Below, piece by piece: positions 59,593 through 64,000 of a stretch of 64,000 nucleotides of DNA. The stretch covers positions 329,034,001 through 329,098,000 of the forward strand of contig OZ024741.1 of NCBI GenBank assembly GCA_964016885.1. Direction: 5' to 3'. Source of the DNA: Eledone cirrhosa (taxonomy: Eukaryota). A program made the position numbers and the translations under genes. The notes beneath the pieces were generated by a model. It saw only the letters and a list, made by a program, of their open reading frames with translations. It was not told the DNA's origin and ran no database searches. Within the stretch, counting starts at the first letter, position 1, and each line of letters opens with the position of its first letter.

Positions 59593-60845
59593 TTGAGTTG
59601 GCAAAAAAGTAATTTCGTTTTTTTTAGTGTGAATAAAAGTCTTCTTTTTTTTTTCATTCAAAAAAATGAACTTTAATCAATTACATATTTTCCATTTTGT
59701 TCGATGCTCTTTGGCCATCTTTCTGGCAACTTCATGATCCACGCTCGTAGAACTTCTGGTCCTTATCAGTCAAAAACTGAAGCAAGTGCTATTTCAGGCC
59801 ATCGTCATTATTGAAAGTTTAGAATTTTGTAAACTTCTAAATAAATGGTATTCTGATGGTGCAAGGTCAGGGCTATATGGTGGATGTGGTATCACTTCCC
59901 AACCAGGCTGCAATAATTTTTTACGAGTTAGCAGAGACGTATGTGGTATAGCATTGTCATGGTGGAACACGATTCCTTTACAATTTGCCAATTCTGGCCT
60001 TTTCTCTTTGATTGCTGCCTCCAGCTTCATTAGTTGTTGACAGTAAACATCTGAATTGATGGTTTGGTTCCTTGGAAGCAGCTCAAAATTCACAACACCT
60101 TTGTAATCTCACCAAATTAACAGCATGACCTTTTTTTTTGATGCCATTTAGTTTTCGATGTGGTTTGTGCTGATTCACTACGCTTCAACCATGATCGTTT
60201 TCTCATCACAAGTGATGATTTGTTTCAAAAAAGGTCGATTTCATTGTGTTCGAGATGCATATCGCAAATATTGATTCGTTGTGTGAAGTGAATCTTTTTC
60301 AATTTATGTGGAACCCAAATATCGAGCTTCTTAACGAGTCCAAGACATTTTAAGTGATTTTCAATTGTTGTGTATGATACATTTAACCTCTCTGCAATCT
60401 CTCGCACAGTTATATGACAATCAGATTCAATTATGGCTTTGGTTCGGTCATCATCAACTTCAGTAGGTCGACCAGAACGTTGGTCATCTTTGAGTGAAAA
60501 ATCTCCAGAACGGAATTCTAAAAAACATTTCTGACATGTGCGTTCTGTTAAGCAATCAACACCATAAGCTCCACATATCTCTTTGTGAGCATCAGCAGCC
60601 CTTTAGCCTTTACGGAAAGAAAAAAGTAAATTAAGGCGAAAATGTTCGTTTTTGATCTCCATGTTAAAATTGATACTGGACTAACAGCTGTAAACAAAAT
60701 TATGTGCAATTTGCTTCTAAAGTAAGCTAAAGCTAACGGCTATCAAATGTCAAAAGGAAAAAATCATAAGATTCACAAAAATCATTCAAAGAAATCGTAA
60801 CTCTATCTATTTGTGGAAAACGAAATTACTTTCTTGCCAACCCAA
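59593..60845 (-). mobile_element. decayed mariner DNA transposon
   Basis: ~29 bp TIRs ttg(a/g)gttggcaa(a/g)aaagtaatttcgtttt; WVPHKL, HHDNA and PPYSPDLAPSEY motifs; frameshifted. Confidence 0.92.
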
Positions 60846-61523
60846 TTTAAAGTTTTTTGTTAATAATATTTCATTGTTTTATAGGTTTATCGTCGGGGGG
60901 GGGGGGACAAGCTTTCATAAGTGATCGTTCTTAGTGAAATGTACATTACAGATTTTAATAAACTAAAACGAAATGAATATGACATCAGATTTTCATATAT
61001 ATATATGTGTGTGTGTATTTTTCCCAAAACTTTGGATACTCTTATGTATTTCGGTAAACGATGATCCTGGTTCTTTACAAACAACAGATCAACATTTGTG
61101 TTTTATGGTATTATTTTCAGCATTCATGTTGAAGAAATTATTCTTATTATCCACTCTGCAAGTGAAATTATTTATAGCAGTTACACGGCTTTAATTCTGT
61201 GTGGTGGTAGTCAGAAGTTTATTTTCATGCGTCGAAACATCGGTATTATAGCAGTAATGCATTGATTTTATCTTCACGTGTATTGGAAGGTGACCACATT
61301 TAAAAAAGGGTACTCAATGCATTAGTAGAGTGTTGTAGGTATCTTTATTTTAATACAGAAATGACGTCTACAGGAATAGAACTCTTTCATTCATAAGAAA
61401 CAGTTCTAAACCAGTAGAATCTATTTCTATGATAATAATATATATATATATATATCTATTTATCTATGTATGATATATGATAAAGAACACAAGAGCGTCT
61501 ACAACATCAACAGATTTTTATTG

Positions 61524-61568
61524 GCTTACAATGTTTCTTCCTTACGTAAGCGTAGGATTCGTCAGAGC
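61524..61568 (-). ncRNA. type I hammerhead ribozyme (family G)
   Basis: gct CTGACGA a tcctacg-ctta-cgtaagga a GAAA cattg TA agc. Confidence 0.75.
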
Positions 61569-61923
61569 TATAAAAGGGGTTTGATTGGTGTTATGGACTC
61601 TACCAACCAAACATTCAAGAACAAAGAGTAAAGAGAGTAAAGAGCAAAAGTAGGGGACGTTAAACCACTGGGAGTGAAGAACCCCTAGCCCTTGTCAGGG
61701 CATTCTTCTAGGAGAAGGCATCTCAGGAAACTGGGTTAACTCCGACATAAAACCTGCGGCTCGGTAGTTGCCGATGAGGTTGATCTTTTCTTCTTTTCGG
61801 GTTATAGCTACTTTTCGGGTTATAGCTACTGGGATTGGCTCAGTGCACAGTCTTTCCTCACTTTAAAAATACTCGTCACGCACAGGCATTGCACGAGTGC
61901 ATTAATAATTATTAATGGTGTAC

Positions 61924-61967
<44 letters not shown>

Positions 61968-61968
61968 G

Positions 61969-64000
61969 CTGGATCTGTGTGTTACCAACACCATGTTCCA
62001 ACAAAAGAACAAATTCAAGACCACATGTATGCATCCTGCATCTAAGGAATGGCATATTTTGAACTACGTCCTAGTCAGGATGCGTGACAGACAGGATGTG
62101 CAGTGTGTTCGTGTTCTTCGTGGAGCTGAGTGCTGGACGGACCACCGCCTGGTACGCGCAAAAGTGAAACTAATCCCTAAACGTAAAATCTGGGCTCCTG
62201 GTGTTGCCCTGCCCAAAAGATTGAATGATGCTCGTCTTAAGGATAAAAATGTGAAGAGGACATTGGAAGAAGAGATGCAGGCTGCAGATCTTGGTGAGGA
62301 TTGGCCGACCCTTAAAAAGTCGGTTTATGATGTAGGCAGGCGTGTTCTGGGATTGGCAGAGAGGAAACATCAGGACTGATTTAATGTGAATGATGTACAT
62401 ATAGAAGACTTGTTGGCTGATAAGAGGCGTGCTCTGTCATGCTACTTGACGGCAAAACCACAGGAGAGGAATACGTTGCATGAGGAACTCAGGGATGTAA
62501 AATCACGTGTTAGGCGGAGTCTTTCTCAGATGAAGGATCAGTGGTGGAGTGAGAAGGCTGGTGAGATACAAACTGCGTCTGATTCCAATAACACAAAGCT
62601 GTTGTACAGTCTCTTGCGTGAGGTTTATGGACCGTCTTCTTCTCTGGTGACACCGCTTCGCAGCAAGGATGGCAAAGAACTTCTTCGTGACTCACAAGGA
62701 ATTCTACGAAGGTGGCGAGAGCACTTTGATGATCTTTTGAATCAGCCGTCTGTCGTCAGTGAAGATTTCCTCAATCTCATTCCAGAAAGTCCTGTGAAAG
62801 TAGCTCTCGCAGAACCTCCGACGCTTGTGGAGGTTGCAGTGGCTATTTCGAAGCTGAACAGTGGAAGATCTCCAGGTATGGATGGCATACATGCTGAGCT
62901 CCTACAATATGGTTGTGAGAGACTCCTGCAACATCTTCACTCTTTGTTTGGCAGGATATGGGCTAATGAATCCGTACCTGAGGACTGGAGAGATGCAGTA
63001 GTGGTGGTCTTGTACAAGGGAAAGGGTAACAGGAACGATTGTGGGAACTACAGAGGTATATCATTGCTTTCTGTCATGGGGAAAGTTTTATGTAGGGTGC
63101 TTCTGGACTGTCTGCTGACACACATTGCAGATTGTGTTCTTCCTGAAAGTCAATCTGGTTTTCGTGCTGGACGCGGCACTACTGATATGGTCTTCTCAGT
63201 TAGACAGCTCCAGGAGAAGTGCATGGAACAAGGCTTGGATCTGTATCAGGTTTTTGTCGATCTGACAAAAGCTTTCGATACTGTTAACAGAGATGCATTG
63301 TGGAAGGTTTTCCAGAAACTTGGTTGCCTTGATAAGTTCCTTGCTTTAGTTAGGTATTTCCATGACGACATGAAGGCTTGGGTTAATGTCGGGGGTAACA
63401 TGTCGGAGCCTATCTCAGTAAAAAATTGAGTGAAACAGGGGGATATTCCAGCACCGACCCTGTTTGCCATATACTTTGCAATGGTTTTCTGTATTGCATT
63501 CAGGAATTGCGAGTATGGTGTTTATATCCGATATCGAACCTCAGGGAGCATATTTAACATCAGGCGCTTTGCTGCGAAGACAAAAGTATTTACATCAATC
63601 ATAAGAGACCTCTTGTATGCAGATGATTGCGATCTTGTAGCGCACACAGAGAGTGATATGCAGCACATTTTGAGTGCATTTTCTGACGCTTGCACTGCCC
63701 TATGTCTGACTGTCAGTCTCAAGAAAACCGTCGTCATGTACCAACCTGCCCCTGGTAAGCAGTACACTGAACCAAACATCTATGTGTATGGCAAACGACT
63801 TGGAGTGGTTGATCAGTTTGTCTACCTGGGAAGCACTGTCAATCGTTACAGCAACCTTCACGGTGAAATCTCACTTAGGATTAGGAAAGCAAGTGATGCT
63901 TTCGGAAAGCTAGAAAGGCGACTCTGGGGTCGGCGAGACATATGCAGGAGGACAAAGGTAAAGGTGTACAGGGCATGTGTGCTCTCTTGTCTTCTTTATG
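61969..64000 (+). mobile_element. 5'-truncated RTE (BovB-like) LINE, disrupted APE-RT, runs off the window
   Basis: CWTDHRLV, SPGMDGI, NYRGISLLS, ESQSGFRAGRGTTD, FVDLTKAFDTV, LLYADD at ~63615; in-frame stops; preceded by (ATT)n. Confidence 0.9.

Overview
Eukaryotic, very AT-rich, repeat-saturated DNA. The SINE and LINE content and the huge (TA)n/(CA)n/(TAA)n load suggest a mollusc, probably a cephalopod (inference). No confident host gene was found, and most ORF-track entries are microsatellite artefacts. Recognisable elements: a CR1-type LINE (31.3-33.7 kb), a full-length but mutated Tx1/L1-type LINE (48.9-54.8 kb, minus), two R4/Dong-type fragments, RTE fragments, a decayed mariner, many tRNA-derived SINEs and several minisatellites. 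The most striking signal is at least 9 distinct families of short Penelope-like (PLE) inserts sitting in (TA)n tracts, mostly as head-to-head palindromes with both 3' ends pointing outward. Read by eye, they carry more than 20 intact, decayed or partial type I hammerhead ribozyme motifs. These include recurrent non-canonical cores (CAGANGA = U4A in two families, CCGAAGA = U4C, UUGANAA = U3:A8 covariation in two families), very long stem II variants and a retrozyme-like tandem pair. All RNA folds were derived manually and need computational and biochemical confirmation.
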